DNA of 64,000 nt from Methanobacteriota archaeon (GTDB lineage Archaea > Thermoplasmatota > Poseidoniia > Poseidoniales > Poseidoniaceae): contig PAJM01000020.1 of NCBI GenBank assembly GCA_002706065.1, forward strand, positions 16,033 through 80,032. Reading direction: 5' to 3'. The notes beneath the pieces were generated by a model. It was not told the DNA's origin. It ran no database searches and saw only the letters and a list, made by a program, of their open reading frames with translations. Below, in pieces: positions 46,276-55,204 of the stretch; the first letter of the stretch is position 1, and the number at the start of each line of letters is the position of its first letter. Both the position numbers and the translations under genes were made by a program.

Positions 46276-47841
46276 ATGTCGGATGGCGTACCAGAAGGAG
46301 CAACACTTCCCGAGGGTATAGAGGTCGATGACGCAGCGGCATATTTTGGTGCAGTTGACTCTTCTGACGTCCTTCAACAAATGATGTCAATGGAGCCGAA
46401 ACTGGCGCTTTCAAAAGCCCTTGAACACCTTGCCGACATCATCCTACGACCTGGTGAGTTCGACTTCGAAGCAGCAAGCGAACGATTGCAGTGCGAAGGT
46501 GGAGAGATTTACTTCCTCATCTTTGGACATCTAAACCTGATGGCTCTGCCCGATCCATTGTTGCAATTTGCTGGTCAATCAGACTCGACTGGGGCAGCTA
46601 ACACTGCGCATCCACTCGCGACTGCCGAAGTCATACAAGCGCTAACTCCGCTGTTTGACCCAATGCAATTTCTGAAAATCTTAGCCATTGCATATGCAAC
46701 CGGAGGCAACACGGAGGTCGATCAATATCTTCAGTCAATTGAGGATGTAATGTCAAATCCTTCGGGCAATCTTGAGAAGATGCAGTCGATGGCTGAGGAA
46801 CTCAACAGTTCGCTTGATGTAGCTGGTCATGCTCTTCCGATGCCCCTATTTGCAAGTGAACAAGCCCAACCTGCGGAAATCGAGATGGGCGCGGTTATCG
46901 AGCGAAAAGAACCCGAACCGACTCCTGTACCCGAGCCTGTTCTCCAATCTCCTACGCCTGAACCAGAGGTTGAGTCAGTACCGCTACCAACCGAATCAGT
47001 ACCATTACCAACCGAATCAGCTTCAATTCCAAACGAATCCGTCCCTCTCCCTGCCACAGACTCTGTCCCACTCCCAAATCAAGGTGAACCCATCGAGGAA
47101 GTCGGATTCAAGAATGAAGTCGAAGTTGATCACGCGGCTCAAGATGCATTCGCTGGCGCTTTCGGCTCTCAATTGGTTCCAGAACCTCAAATTGCTCCAG
47201 AACCAGTCGAAGATGTTGAGGAAGCAATTCCTGAGCCAACCCCCGAACCACCCGAACAGATTCAGGAACCAGTCGAAGAAACGGTTCCCGAACCCATACC
47301 ACCGACTGTGGACCTACCTGAAGAAGAGTGGGTAAGTGATGCCGAACGGTTCATTGCAGCCGATGTTGATGATTCAGGTAGCCTCTCTGTCGAAGAATTA
47401 GCAGTTGCTGCGAATGTATCCATGGAAGAAGCCGAAGAACTTCACAATGCTGCGGATACTGATGGCGACGGTGAAGTCTCGCTCTCAGAATTTGTTTCCT
47501 CAGAAGCTGCACAAAAGATGTCCACATTGCCGCGTCCTGTCGCTCCTATTCGCAAACCAATACAATCACAACCACCACCTCAACAACCCCAGCAGCCGCG
47601 TCAACAACCAACTTCTCCTGGTGTTGCAGCCCCACAGATGGGTTGGCAGCAACAACCACAACAACAGCCAATACAGCAGCAACCAGTGATGCGACAACAG
47701 CCAATGCCACAACAACCAACAATGAACATCCAGCCAACAATCCGTTCCGGTATTCACTGTCGTGGATGTGGAATTGGCCTCGACCCAAATTGGCGTTACT
47801 GTCCAGTGTGCGGAAACATGAACATGAGCGCACATCGCTAA
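46276..47841 (+). CDS. cytoplasmic EF-hand pair / Pro-Glu-rich / Gln-Pro-rich protein with C-terminal zinc ribbon
   Basis: GGAGGG (46264-46269) lies 6 nt upstream of ATG 46276, and there is no signal peptide. EF loops 'DVDDSGSLSVEE' and 'DTDGDGEVSLSE'. 'QSQPPPQQPQQPRQQP...QQQPQQQPIQQQPVMRQQPMPQQP'. CxxC-x10-CxxC 'CRGCGIGLDPNWRYCPVCG'. Confidence 0.6.
   Translation: MSDGVPEGATLPEGIEVDDAAAYFGAVDSSDVLQQMMSMEPKLALSKALEHLADIILRPGEFDFEAASERLQCEGGEIYFLIFGHLNLMALPDPLLQFAGQSDSTGAANTAHPLATAEVIQALTPLFDPMQFLKILAIAYATGGNTEVDQYLQSIEDVMSNPSGNLEKMQSMAEELNSSLDVAGHALPMPLFASEQAQPAEIEMGAVIERKEPEPTPVPEPVLQSPTPEPEVESVPLPTESVPLPTESASIPNESVPLPATDSVPLPNQGEPIEEVGFKNEVEVDHAAQDAFAGAFGSQLVPEPQIAPEPVEDVEEAIPEPTPEPPEQIQEPVEETVPEPIPPTVDLPEEEWVSDAERFIAADVDDSGSLSVEELAVAANVSMEEAEELHNAADTDGDGEVSLSEFVSSEAAQKMSTLPRPVAPIRKPIQSQPPPQQPQQPRQQPTSPGVAAPQMGWQQQPQQQPIQQQPVMRQQPMPQQPTMNIQPTIRSGIHCRGCGIGLDPNWRYCPVCGNMNMSAHR
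46972..47079 (+). repeat. five degenerate tandem 21-bp (one 24-bp) coding repeats (E/D-S-V-P-L-P-x)
   Basis: gagtcagtaccgctaccaacc / gaatcagtaccattaccaacc / gaatcagcttcaattccaaac / gaatccgtccctctccctgccaca / gactctgtcccactcccaaat. Confidence 0.75.
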
Positions 47842-48986
47842 CTTTCACTTGCCATGAATTGGCCTGCTTCGGTTAGACATGTATCATCCAGCCAAACTGT
47901 GGGCTCTGCAAGAACTCCTGAAACGTGGATCCCAGCGTGCGAACTGCCTCCAAGTCGAGAATTATCTCCAATTGAGAAATAGCAACTTCCCATCCGCTTC
48001 TCATCTTCAAGAACGTTCCCAACAAGTCGAGCACTGGGATTCATTCCAAATCCAAACTCTGCAACGGTCCAGACACTTTCTCGATCCTTGGTTTTCAGTT
48101 TCTTTGCAACCTCTCCATAGGATTGACGAATGGTGGCTGCAAGTCCTCCTCCTTTGACATCGATTACGGTTCCATCTTCAACAATAAACTCAACAGGTTC
48201 CTCAATAAGTGTTGAATCCCAAGACCCGTCGATGACAATGGTGCCATTCATGGTTCCCTCTTTGGGTAGGATAAACACCTTCCCAGCAGGAAGATTGGTT
48301 AACATTCTTGGACGATTACAAATTCCATTGTCGTCAAGTTTCCACTCACGCCAATTGACTTCAAAAGTGATGTCCGTTCCTGTTTCGGACTTGACATTGA
48401 TGATTCTTCTTCGTCGAAGGAAATTCGCAATGTTCGATATTCGTCGCTTCACTTCTTGGAAGTCAGCAGTCATTCCACCTTCGGTATACAACTCAAAGGT
48501 CATGCCCGGCATCGTCGCAACTCGAGCACCATCTTTGAGTGCTTGACGAACCGCTTTGGTGTGTGTGAGGGAATATTTTGTAGCGGCAATAACGACCTGC
48601 TGTTGTCGCATCAAAGCTGCGACAGGCGTGGGCGGTTCTTCTCCGTGATGACGTGATTTGGGCATAACGATCAGGAGTACACGGTCCGAACGTTTCTGAG
48701 TAGCAATGTGAAGGGATTGACCAATCTCAGCGGTTGTTGGGTCGCATACGATGAGTACGTTTTCACCTCGCCGAATGTCCATACACGTTTGTACGACCAT
48801 ATCGGAGATGGCGTGCAAGCGTTCTTCATCCGTCGTTGGTTCGGGAGGACGTTCTTTTGTGTGTATGCCATTTTCCGAGTTCGAATCGAGAAGAGCATTG
48901 ATGTCCTCATCCACATCGTTAACCATTGGTTCCCTATCCTTGTCTTTTCGACGGAAAGGATGGACCATGATTTCCCATACACTCAT
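47838..48986 (-). CDS. aminopeptidase, M29 (AmpS/PepS, COG2309)-like
   Basis: 'GENVLIVCDPTTAEIGQSL', 'NLPAGKVFILP', 'NGTIVIDGS' and 'AEFGFGMNPSARLVGNVLEDEKRMGSCYFSIGDN'. I place the start at an internal Met (ATG 48986; 48968 or 48926 are also possible). The 486-aa track ORF would overlap the divergent carboxypeptidase gene. Confidence 0.65.
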   Translation of the reverse strand: MSVWEIMVHPFRRKDKDREPMVNDVDEDINALLDSNSENGIHTKERPPEPTTDEERLHAISDMVVQTCMDIRRGENVLIVCDPTTAEIGQSLHIATQKRSDRVLLIVMPKSRHHGEEPPTPVAALMRQQQVVIAATKYSLTHTKAVRQALKDGARVATMPGMTFELYTEGGMTADFQEVKRRISNIANFLRRRRIINVKSETGTDITFEVNWREWKLDDNGICNRPRMLTNLPAGKVFILPKEGTMNGTIVIDGSWDSTLIEEPVEFIVEDGTVIDVKGGGLAATIRQSYGEVAKKLKTKDRESVWTVAEFGFGMNPSARLVGNVLEDEKRMGSCYFSIGDNSRLGGSSHAGIHVSGVLAEPTVWLDDTCLTEAGQFMASES

Positions 48987-49064
48987 CCATCTTGAATGTG
49001 TGGATATTTTTGAGCAAATCGTTCGATACGAGTCTTGATGAAGAACCGATGTTGAGACGACACC

Positions 49065-50561
49065 ATGAGCGACAAAGCAGCATTCCTGAATCGGGTTCAA
49101 GACATTCATCGAATCGGTAGCATACAAGGACATTTGGGATGGGACCAAGAAACACTGATGCCAGAAAAAGGAGCACAATCTCGCGGGGAGATTATGGCTT
49201 GGCTTGCTGCGCTCTCTCACGAGAAAGTCGTTGATCCTGCAATGGGTGAACTTCTCGAACGTCTTGAATCGAGAAACGACCTTGACGAGAGTGAACATGC
49301 GAACGTACGTGAGTTTCGCAAACGTTATGACAAAGCAACCAAGCTCTCAGCAGAGTTCGTCTCGACCTTTGCACAAGCCCGCAGTGAAGCGTTGGTTGCG
49401 TGGCAGAATGCAAGGAAGGATGCTGATTTTACAGCATTCTTGCCACACCTGCAAAGACTCGTTGAATTAACACGAAAGAAAATCGAAGCTTACGGATACG
49501 ATAAAACTCCATACGATGCTCTTCTTGACGAATACGAATCAGGTATGACTGTGGATGATTACGATCCATTGTTTGAAGGATTACGAGAGCGACTCGTCCC
49601 CCTACTCAAGAATATACTCGAGGCAAAAAAGTCGAATCCTGACCCAACTCTCCCTGAAGGGTTGAGATTCCCAGTCGCAATGCAAGAAGCGTTCTGTACC
49701 AAGGTAAGCCAACGCATGGGCTTCGACTTTGCAGCAGGTCGAATGGATGCATCAACTCACCCCTTCTCAGCAGGCATATGGCCTGGAGATACCCGGTTTA
49801 CAACACGTTATGACGAACTCGATCCGTTCTCTTGTCTCTATGCAGTAATGCACGAGACAGGACATGCTCTCTACGAACAAGGTCTTGATGAGAATCACCG
49901 ATACACCCCACGAGGTGATGCAGTTTCGCTTGGCGTGCATGAATCACAATCACGGTTGTGGGAGAATCAAATCGGACGCACACCTGAGTTTTGGAACGTC
50001 GTGATGGACGAATTCAAGGAATCGTTCCCAGAAGCACCTTTGTGGGATTCTTCGACTCTCAACCGGATTGCAAATTCCGTTGAACCCGGTTTCATTCGTG
50101 TCGAAGCGGATGAAGTGACGTACAATCTTCATGTCATGCTTCGTTACGAGATTGAAAAGAAAATCTTCAATGAAAATTATCCACTTGAACAATTGCCAGA
50201 ACTGTGGAATTCCATGATTTCTGACTGGTTTGGTTTGAATGTCCCGTCGGACGATTTGGGTTGTTTACAAGACATCCATTGGTCCATGGCAGCTTTCGGC
50301 TACTTCCCAACATATACGCTTGGAAATTTGTACGCTGCTCAGTTATTGGAAGCAATGAGTAAGGATCTGGGTTCGATACAGGATTCGATTTCGTCAGGAG
50401 ATTGGTCGACCATGCTGAGTTGGCTTCGTGAACGAGTACACAAGCGAGGTAGTGCATTACTCCCATCCGATCTCATTGAAGAAGCGACAGGCTCGCCTCC
50501 ATCAAGTGAACCGTTTCTTCGTTATGTCGAGGAAAAGTACGGAGCGATTTACTCACTCTGA
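49065..50561 (+). CDS. carboxypeptidase Taq-type metallopeptidase (family M32)
   Basis: All M32 hallmarks are present: 'HETGHALYEQG' (HExxH), 'HESQSRLWEN', 'IRVEADEVTYNLH', 'LQDIHWS' and 'GYFPTYTLGN'. Confidence 0.9.
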   Translation: MSDKAAFLNRVQDIHRIGSIQGHLGWDQETLMPEKGAQSRGEIMAWLAALSHEKVVDPAMGELLERLESRNDLDESEHANVREFRKRYDKATKLSAEFVSTFAQARSEALVAWQNARKDADFTAFLPHLQRLVELTRKKIEAYGYDKTPYDALLDEYESGMTVDDYDPLFEGLRERLVPLLKNILEAKKSNPDPTLPEGLRFPVAMQEAFCTKVSQRMGFDFAAGRMDASTHPFSAGIWPGDTRFTTRYDELDPFSCLYAVMHETGHALYEQGLDENHRYTPRGDAVSLGVHESQSRLWENQIGRTPEFWNVVMDEFKESFPEAPLWDSSTLNRIANSVEPGFIRVEADEVTYNLHVMLRYEIEKKIFNENYPLEQLPELWNSMISDWFGLNVPSDDLGCLQDIHWSMAAFGYFPTYTLGNLYAAQLLEAMSKDLGSIQDSISSGDWSTMLSWLRERVHKRGSALLPSDLIEEATGSPPSSEPFLRYVEEKYGAIYSL

Positions 50562-50855
50562 TTCATCTGATGAATCGTCCGATGCACCAACGAGTCGGTT
50601 GATGCGATCGGTCAGTTCGATAATCGCATCGCCTAAATCGTTGCTTCGATCATCTTCATGATCAGTTCCAAAGGTTGTACCGAGTAACGTTATCATAGCT
50701 CCAGATAGCATCATGACCGCTGGCCAATAGATGTCTTCGGCAACCATTCCGTCGGTAGCGACCATTCCGCCCCAAATTGCACCCGCAATAAAAATGATCA
50801 AACCGATCATCATTTGTTGGTATCCTTTTCCTAATTGTTCTTCCATGTTGCTCAT
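50553..50855 (-). CDS. small 2-TM membrane protein with acidic C-terminal tail
   Basis: 100 aa with 'MMIGLIIFIAGAIWGGMVA' and 'YWPAVMMLSGAMITLLGTTFG'. No recognisable family. It overlaps the M32 gene convergently by 9 nt. Confidence 0.4.
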   Translation of the reverse strand: MSNMEEQLGKGYQQMMIGLIIFIAGAIWGGMVATDGMVAEDIYWPAVMMLSGAMITLLGTTFGTDHEDDRSNDLGDAIIELTDRINRLVGASDDSSDESE

Positions 50856-50919
50856 GTTCCCCAGAGCGAATTTATCAATCCACTACATAAGCATGATTGA
50901 ACATCAGATGGCTCATGTC

Positions 50920-52326
50920 TTAATTCCAAGGGGTCATGATAAGCGGCGAACCTGTTTCACCCTCATCGACTAAAATCGAGCCCTTTGGTCCTGTTTCCTC
51001 TGTACGCTCGAACACTGGTACTCCACCAACAACCGTGAGTGTTGGCCATCCGACGAGTTTCTCTCCATGAAACGGACTCCAGCCCACCGTACTCCACGTA
51101 TTGGCATCATCAACCATACGTTCAGTGGTCATGTCGACAAGAGTGATGTCTCCATCGTACCCTTCCTCAAGTCGGCCCTTTCCAATCATCCCATAGCATT
51201 CCGCAACATTGTATGACATCCACTTCACAACTTGCTCAATCGTGCATGCACCTTTTGAGGCGTGTGTGAGCATTACAGGAAGAGATGTTTCAACACCTGG
51301 CATTCCACTCGGTGCTGCTGGGAATCCTTTCGCTTTCGTTTCGAGTGTGTGTGGAGCATGGTCGGTTGCAATGCATGTGATGGTTCCATCATGCAGCCGC
51401 TTCCACAAGGTCTGCTTGTCCTTCTGGTAGCGTATGGGTGGGTTCATTTTCAATCGCGTCCCAAGCCGTTCAACATCTCGCTCATCGTATGTCAAATGCT
51501 GCGGGAGTGCTTCGGTCGTGACGTGTGCCTCACCTTCTTGACCATACATTGAGGTGATTCCATTCAACCAATCGGCTTCAACTCCAGAGGTGAGGTGGAG
51601 GATGTGAAGGCGATGTCCAGTTGCTTGGGCATAGGTGACCGCACGTTTTGTGGCGATCAATGCGGTTTCATCATCGCGCCATTCCGCATGAGCAGCCATA
51701 TCGGTACGGCCTTCAATCATCTTCTCTCGTTCAATCATTCGGTCTTCGTCTTCAGCATGGACTGCAATCAAGCCAGCAGTGTTGGTGAATATGACCTCCA
51801 GAGCATCGGAATCATTGACGAGAAGCGTACCTGTGGACGAACCCATGAAGATTTTAATTCCACAAATTCCGGGTATTGCGATTGGGGCGTCTGGAGTTCC
51901 CACTGCCTTTTGTAATTCCTCTACGTTGGTTTCCGTTGCCCCAATAAAAAATCCGAAGTTGGTGACACATCGATGATTCGCAGTCGCAATCTTCTCATGC
52001 ATTGATTGCAGTGTCGTCTGACTTGGGACGTTGTTCGGCATATCGAGAAATGACGTCACCCCCCCGCTTGCAGCTGCACATGACCCAGTGTAGAGGTCCT
52101 CTTTTTCTGGTTGCCCCGGATCTCGGAAGTGGACTTGAGGGTCAATCATTCCTGGAAGAAGGTGAAGTCCAGTCGCATCAACGGTCTGAACATGTTCTTC
52201 CGCAACGATACCTCCGCCAGGCTGAATGCTCGAGATTTGCCCATCTGCAATGAGCAAATCACCGACAACGGTGGTGTGAGGTAGTACCATGGTTGCATTT
52301 TGGATGAGTAGGTCAGACATCTTCAA
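50920..52326 (-). CDS. pyrC: dihydroorotase (cyclic amidohydrolase superfamily)
   Basis: 'LLPGMIDPQVHFRDPGQPEKEDLYTGSCAAASGGVTSFLDMPN', 'GIKIFMGSSTG', 'AVHAEDE' and 'CIATDHAPH'. Confidence 0.8.
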   Translation of the reverse strand: MKMSDLLIQNATMVLPHTTVVGDLLIADGQISSIQPGGGIVAEEHVQTVDATGLHLLPGMIDPQVHFRDPGQPEKEDLYTGSCAAASGGVTSFLDMPNNVPSQTTLQSMHEKIATANHRCVTNFGFFIGATETNVEELQKAVGTPDAPIAIPGICGIKIFMGSSTGTLLVNDSDALEVIFTNTAGLIAVHAEDEDRMIEREKMIEGRTDMAAHAEWRDDETALIATKRAVTYAQATGHRLHILHLTSGVEADWLNGITSMYGQEGEAHVTTEALPQHLTYDERDVERLGTRLKMNPPIRYQKDKQTLWKRLHDGTITCIATDHAPHTLETKAKGFPAAPSGMPGVETSLPVMLTHASKGACTIEQVVKWMSYNVAECYGMIGKGRLEEGYDGDITLVDMTTERMVDDANTWSTVGWSPFHGEKLVGWPTLTVVGGVPVFERTEETGPKGSILVDEGETGSPLIMTPWN

Positions 52327-52363
52327 TCAGACACACCCACGGGTATCAGGTCAATGAATGCTC

Positions 52364-52948
52364 TTATCGACGCCTTGCGTTTTTTGGACGGAATGCATCG
52401 CAGACCGTTTCATTGCAATCAAGGTACGGTCCTTCAATCAGATCAACACAGTAAGGTACGGCTTTCCAAATCTCGTCAATGGTTTCCCGTATTGATTTTG
52501 GGCGGCCTGGTAAATTGAAAATAAGGCATGAGCCACGAATACCTGCTGTTTGTCTCGACAAGATTGCAGTCGGCGTATATTGGAGTGAAATGGCACGCAT
52601 CTGTTCGCCAAAGCCTGGCATGATTCGGTCAACAACTTGTTCGGTTGCTTCGGGAGTAACATCGCTTGTTGCTGGCCCAGTTCCACCTGTTGTGACGATT
52701 ACGTGACAGCCAATGTCGTCAGCAAGTTCAATCATTGTTGCTTCAAGAAGTGACTGCTCATCAGGAATGCATCGGTAATGAACTTCCAAAGGGGACAACG
52801 TCGCCTCGATAAGAAACTGCAGAATTGCAGGACCTCCTTCATCTTCATATTCGTTTGAAGAGGCACGGTCGGATGCGACAACAATCCCAATCGTTGCTTT
52901 ATCTCCAACGTTACCAGGATGTCCTTGTATCGAGGTGATGGTTTCCAT
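52364..52948 (-). CDS. mogA: molybdopterin adenylyltransferase MogA
   Basis: 'VIVTTGGTGPATSDVTPEAT', 'MPGFGEQMRAISLQYTPTAILSRQ', 'NLPGRPKSIRETI', 'VPYCVDLIEGPY' and 'FRPKNARR'. These are near-collinear with E. coli MogA as I recall it. Confidence 0.8.
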   Translation of the reverse strand: METITSIQGHPGNVGDKATIGIVVASDRASSNEYEDEGGPAILQFLIEATLSPLEVHYRCIPDEQSLLEATMIELADDIGCHVIVTTGGTGPATSDVTPEATEQVVDRIMPGFGEQMRAISLQYTPTAILSRQTAGIRGSCLIFNLPGRPKSIRETIDEIWKAVPYCVDLIEGPYLDCNETVCDAFRPKNARRR

Positions 52949-52957
52949 GGTCAGGCC

Positions 52958-55039
52958 TCATGAACCATACTTCTCTTTGATATCGTTGTGGAAATTGTCG
53001 AGAAGCGTATCTTCAAACAATTCGGTTTGTCGACGTATTTTTGTGGAACGGATGTGCAACATCGCTCCAAGAATAAATACAATAATCATGATTGGAATGA
53101 CAGCTTCCAGTTTGTACTTGTGCATGATTTTGATGATTCCTTCTGCCGTATACGCCCATGTGATGGAGGCAATGAATCCGCCAATCATCGTCGCAAGTAG
53201 TACACGCATGAATTTCATTCGAGAGAGGAGCCCAAGCATAGCACCAACAAGAACACCTGAAGCCATAAATGGAATCCAAACGAAGACAATGAGCCCCCAG
53301 AATCCCCATTTGTTGATCATTTCCCGCTTTTCATTGGCAGTGTACTCGACTGTGGAGAGAATGTCTCCGAGCAGTTTAGTCTGCAACATCCGTCCTCCAA
53401 ACCCGTCTTGACGGGCAACTGCAGCAATACGCTCATCCTTGTCGCCCTTGCTTTCCACACGCCCTGCACCAGAACGATCGGAGAGTGTTGACACTTGATT
53501 CCGTGCTTTGACAATCAGTTCTTGGGATGTGAGGATGTCTTGGTTTCGTTCGGAGATGTAATTCCGTAGTTCGTCCTCAACCTCAGATGCTTGCCGCTTA
53601 AACCGGAAGAACGCAAGTCGTGTGGTTGGTTTGAAAATGACGGAAACGAATACGATTCGATCATCGCTCGTAATTACTGCATTTTGCAGTTCAAGCGTCT
53701 TGTCTCGAACGAAGAAGAGATCGAGTGAGTCACGAACTTCATCTTCAATTCTCGACAGTGAATGAAGTTCTTCGAAGAAGGACGCGTAGTTCTCCGGGGG
53801 CGATTCATCATCACGATCACCGACTCCAACTCCAACGCCGGAGTCAAAGTCAATTGCTTGACCAGAACCAATCGTTCGAACGGTGAGCTGAACAGGCTTG
53901 AATACTCGGAACAATGCAAATTCTTCGAGCACTTCTTTGAGAATTTCATCACGTATGCTCTTGCTGTCTGTCAAGGTATTTTCTGTGTTCTTGTAAGGGA
54001 CCATGATGTCGATTGATAGATCCCTTGGTTCTATTTTCGCAAGATCGTTATCAACGACAATCCCAAGTCGGCGCTCACAACGAGTGATGATGTCTTCCAC
54101 CAATCGTATGATGTGATTTCGTGACAAAATGTCGTCCGCTTCTTGGTGGTAGACTTTGTACATCAGGGGATAAGCAATCAAGAGGGAAAATACGGAGAGT
54201 GACAATGAATTGAATGCCATCCACCAAGCAGGAATACCGGCTGCCCCTCCTGCAAGCATTGCAGTCTCTCTTCCGCCACCAAGTTCGGCAACGAGGAGGA
54301 TGTAGCCCCAGTTACCCAACTCTTGGACGGACCAGCACGACCGTGCTCCAGAATCGGTAATTCGCACTTCACGATGCTCTTCCCCACCAATGAACGGAAG
54401 AATCCCACCCTTCGTTCCAATGTCGAGTTCAAACTCAAGCGAATTTGATAGAAGAATGGTAATGTTTGCGTTGTTATCTGCATCATCTGAATTGTTGTAC
54501 AGAACAACGGTCAGAGTGATATCGTAAGTGCCTTCATCAAGAGTGCTGTAGTCTGCTTTCACAGACGCTCGGTTGACCTCATCATCCAGTACACGTTTGA
54601 CTTGCGTTGGAGGTGAATGCTCGGACGTGCCTTGCTCTTCAATGTTGTATTCCAGAATAGCGACCCCTGCAGGGAGGTTGTACGCATTCAACGAAAATTG
54701 CTCTTCATCATCGTTCGGGAAAATGAGAATCCATGGCTCATCATCGATTTCTTCACATTCGTCTCCGATATCCAAGAAGGTGGTTGATGCAGAATGATCC
54801 AGTGAGGTTGACTGGCCAAACAATCCGGAAGACATCGAAAGAATGAGTGCGCCGTACAAAATTCCGTAAGCCACGCCCATCAACAGAACAGGATTTTCCT
54901 TCTTGGTGAACATACTTTGCCGTTCGCCATCGGTTCGCCTCCTTCGAATTTCGTTCAATTCTTTGAGCAGAGAGTCACTCTTTGACTCGGATTCGAACTG
55001 TTCTTTGGGTAGTTCATCCCCAACTACAGCCTCGCCCAT
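52958..55039 (-). CDS. 693-aa membrane protein; C-terminal domain resembles 'small multidrug export' (COG2426) family
   Basis: N-terminal TM 'VLLMGVAYGILYGALILSM', a ~200-aa acidic external region, TM segments near 'IPAWWMAFNSLSLSVFSLLIAYPLM', and a ~280-aa soluble region. The C-terminal 'INKWGFWGLIVFVWIPFMASGVLVGAMLGLLSRM...LATMIGGFIASITWAY' is COG2426-like. Confidence 0.55.
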   Translation of the reverse strand: MGEAVVGDELPKEQFESESKSDSLLKELNEIRRRRTDGERQSMFTKKENPVLLMGVAYGILYGALILSMSSGLFGQSTSLDHSASTTFLDIGDECEEIDDEPWILIFPNDDEEQFSLNAYNLPAGVAILEYNIEEQGTSEHSPPTQVKRVLDDEVNRASVKADYSTLDEGTYDITLTVVLYNNSDDADNNANITILLSNSLEFELDIGTKGGILPFIGGEEHREVRITDSGARSCWSVQELGNWGYILLVAELGGGRETAMLAGGAAGIPAWWMAFNSLSLSVFSLLIAYPLMYKVYHQEADDILSRNHIIRLVEDIITRCERRLGIVVDNDLAKIEPRDLSIDIMVPYKNTENTLTDSKSIRDEILKEVLEEFALFRVFKPVQLTVRTIGSGQAIDFDSGVGVGVGDRDDESPPENYASFFEELHSLSRIEDEVRDSLDLFFVRDKTLELQNAVITSDDRIVFVSVIFKPTTRLAFFRFKRQASEVEDELRNYISERNQDILTSQELIVKARNQVSTLSDRSGAGRVESKGDKDERIAAVARQDGFGGRMLQTKLLGDILSTVEYTANEKREMINKWGFWGLIVFVWIPFMASGVLVGAMLGLLSRMKFMRVLLATMIGGFIASITWAYTAEGIIKIMHKYKLEAVIPIMIIVFILGAMLHIRSTKIRRQTELFEDTLLDNFHNDIKEKYGS

Positions 55040-55085
55040 GAGCGGTCTACATGTGCGGTAGCAAATGAACCCATTGATAATTGCA

Positions 55086-55161
55086 TGGTGGGTTAGGCCG
55101 GACTTGAACCGGCGACCTCGGCATCTTCAGTGCCGCGCTCTCCCAACTAAGCTACCAACCC
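55086..55161 (-). tRNA. tRNA-Phe: tRNA-Phe (anticodon GAA), CCA encoded
   Basis: The reverse complement is GGGTTGGTAGCTTAGTTGGGAGAGCGCGGCACTGAAGATGCCGAGGTCGCCGGTTCAAGTCCGGCCTAACCCACCA (76 nt). It folds with a 7-bp acceptor stem (one G-U) and D stem GCTT/GAGC. The anticodon stem is CGGCA/TGCCG with loop CTGAAGA. The T stem is GCCGG/CCGGC with loop TTCAAGT. Confidence 0.9.
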
Positions 55162-55204
55162 TTGCGTCCCTGCGACGACACTCAAGATTTCAAGGCTTCG
55201 TTGA

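Noticed and set aside
48987-49298. 104-codon N-terminal extension of the aminopeptidase ORF.
   Set aside because: It would overlap the divergent M32 carboxypeptidase gene (start 49065) by >230 nt. The extension sequence (Cys/Phe/His-rich) looks non-protein-like. Internal Met codons at 48986, 48968 and 48926 give a normal-length enzyme.
55040-55204. tRNA-Phe as a possible integration site of a mobile element or genomic island.
   Set aside because: I found no integrase or recombinase on either side and no partial tRNA 3'-end direct repeat. The flanking genes (rph, a membrane protein) are ordinary.
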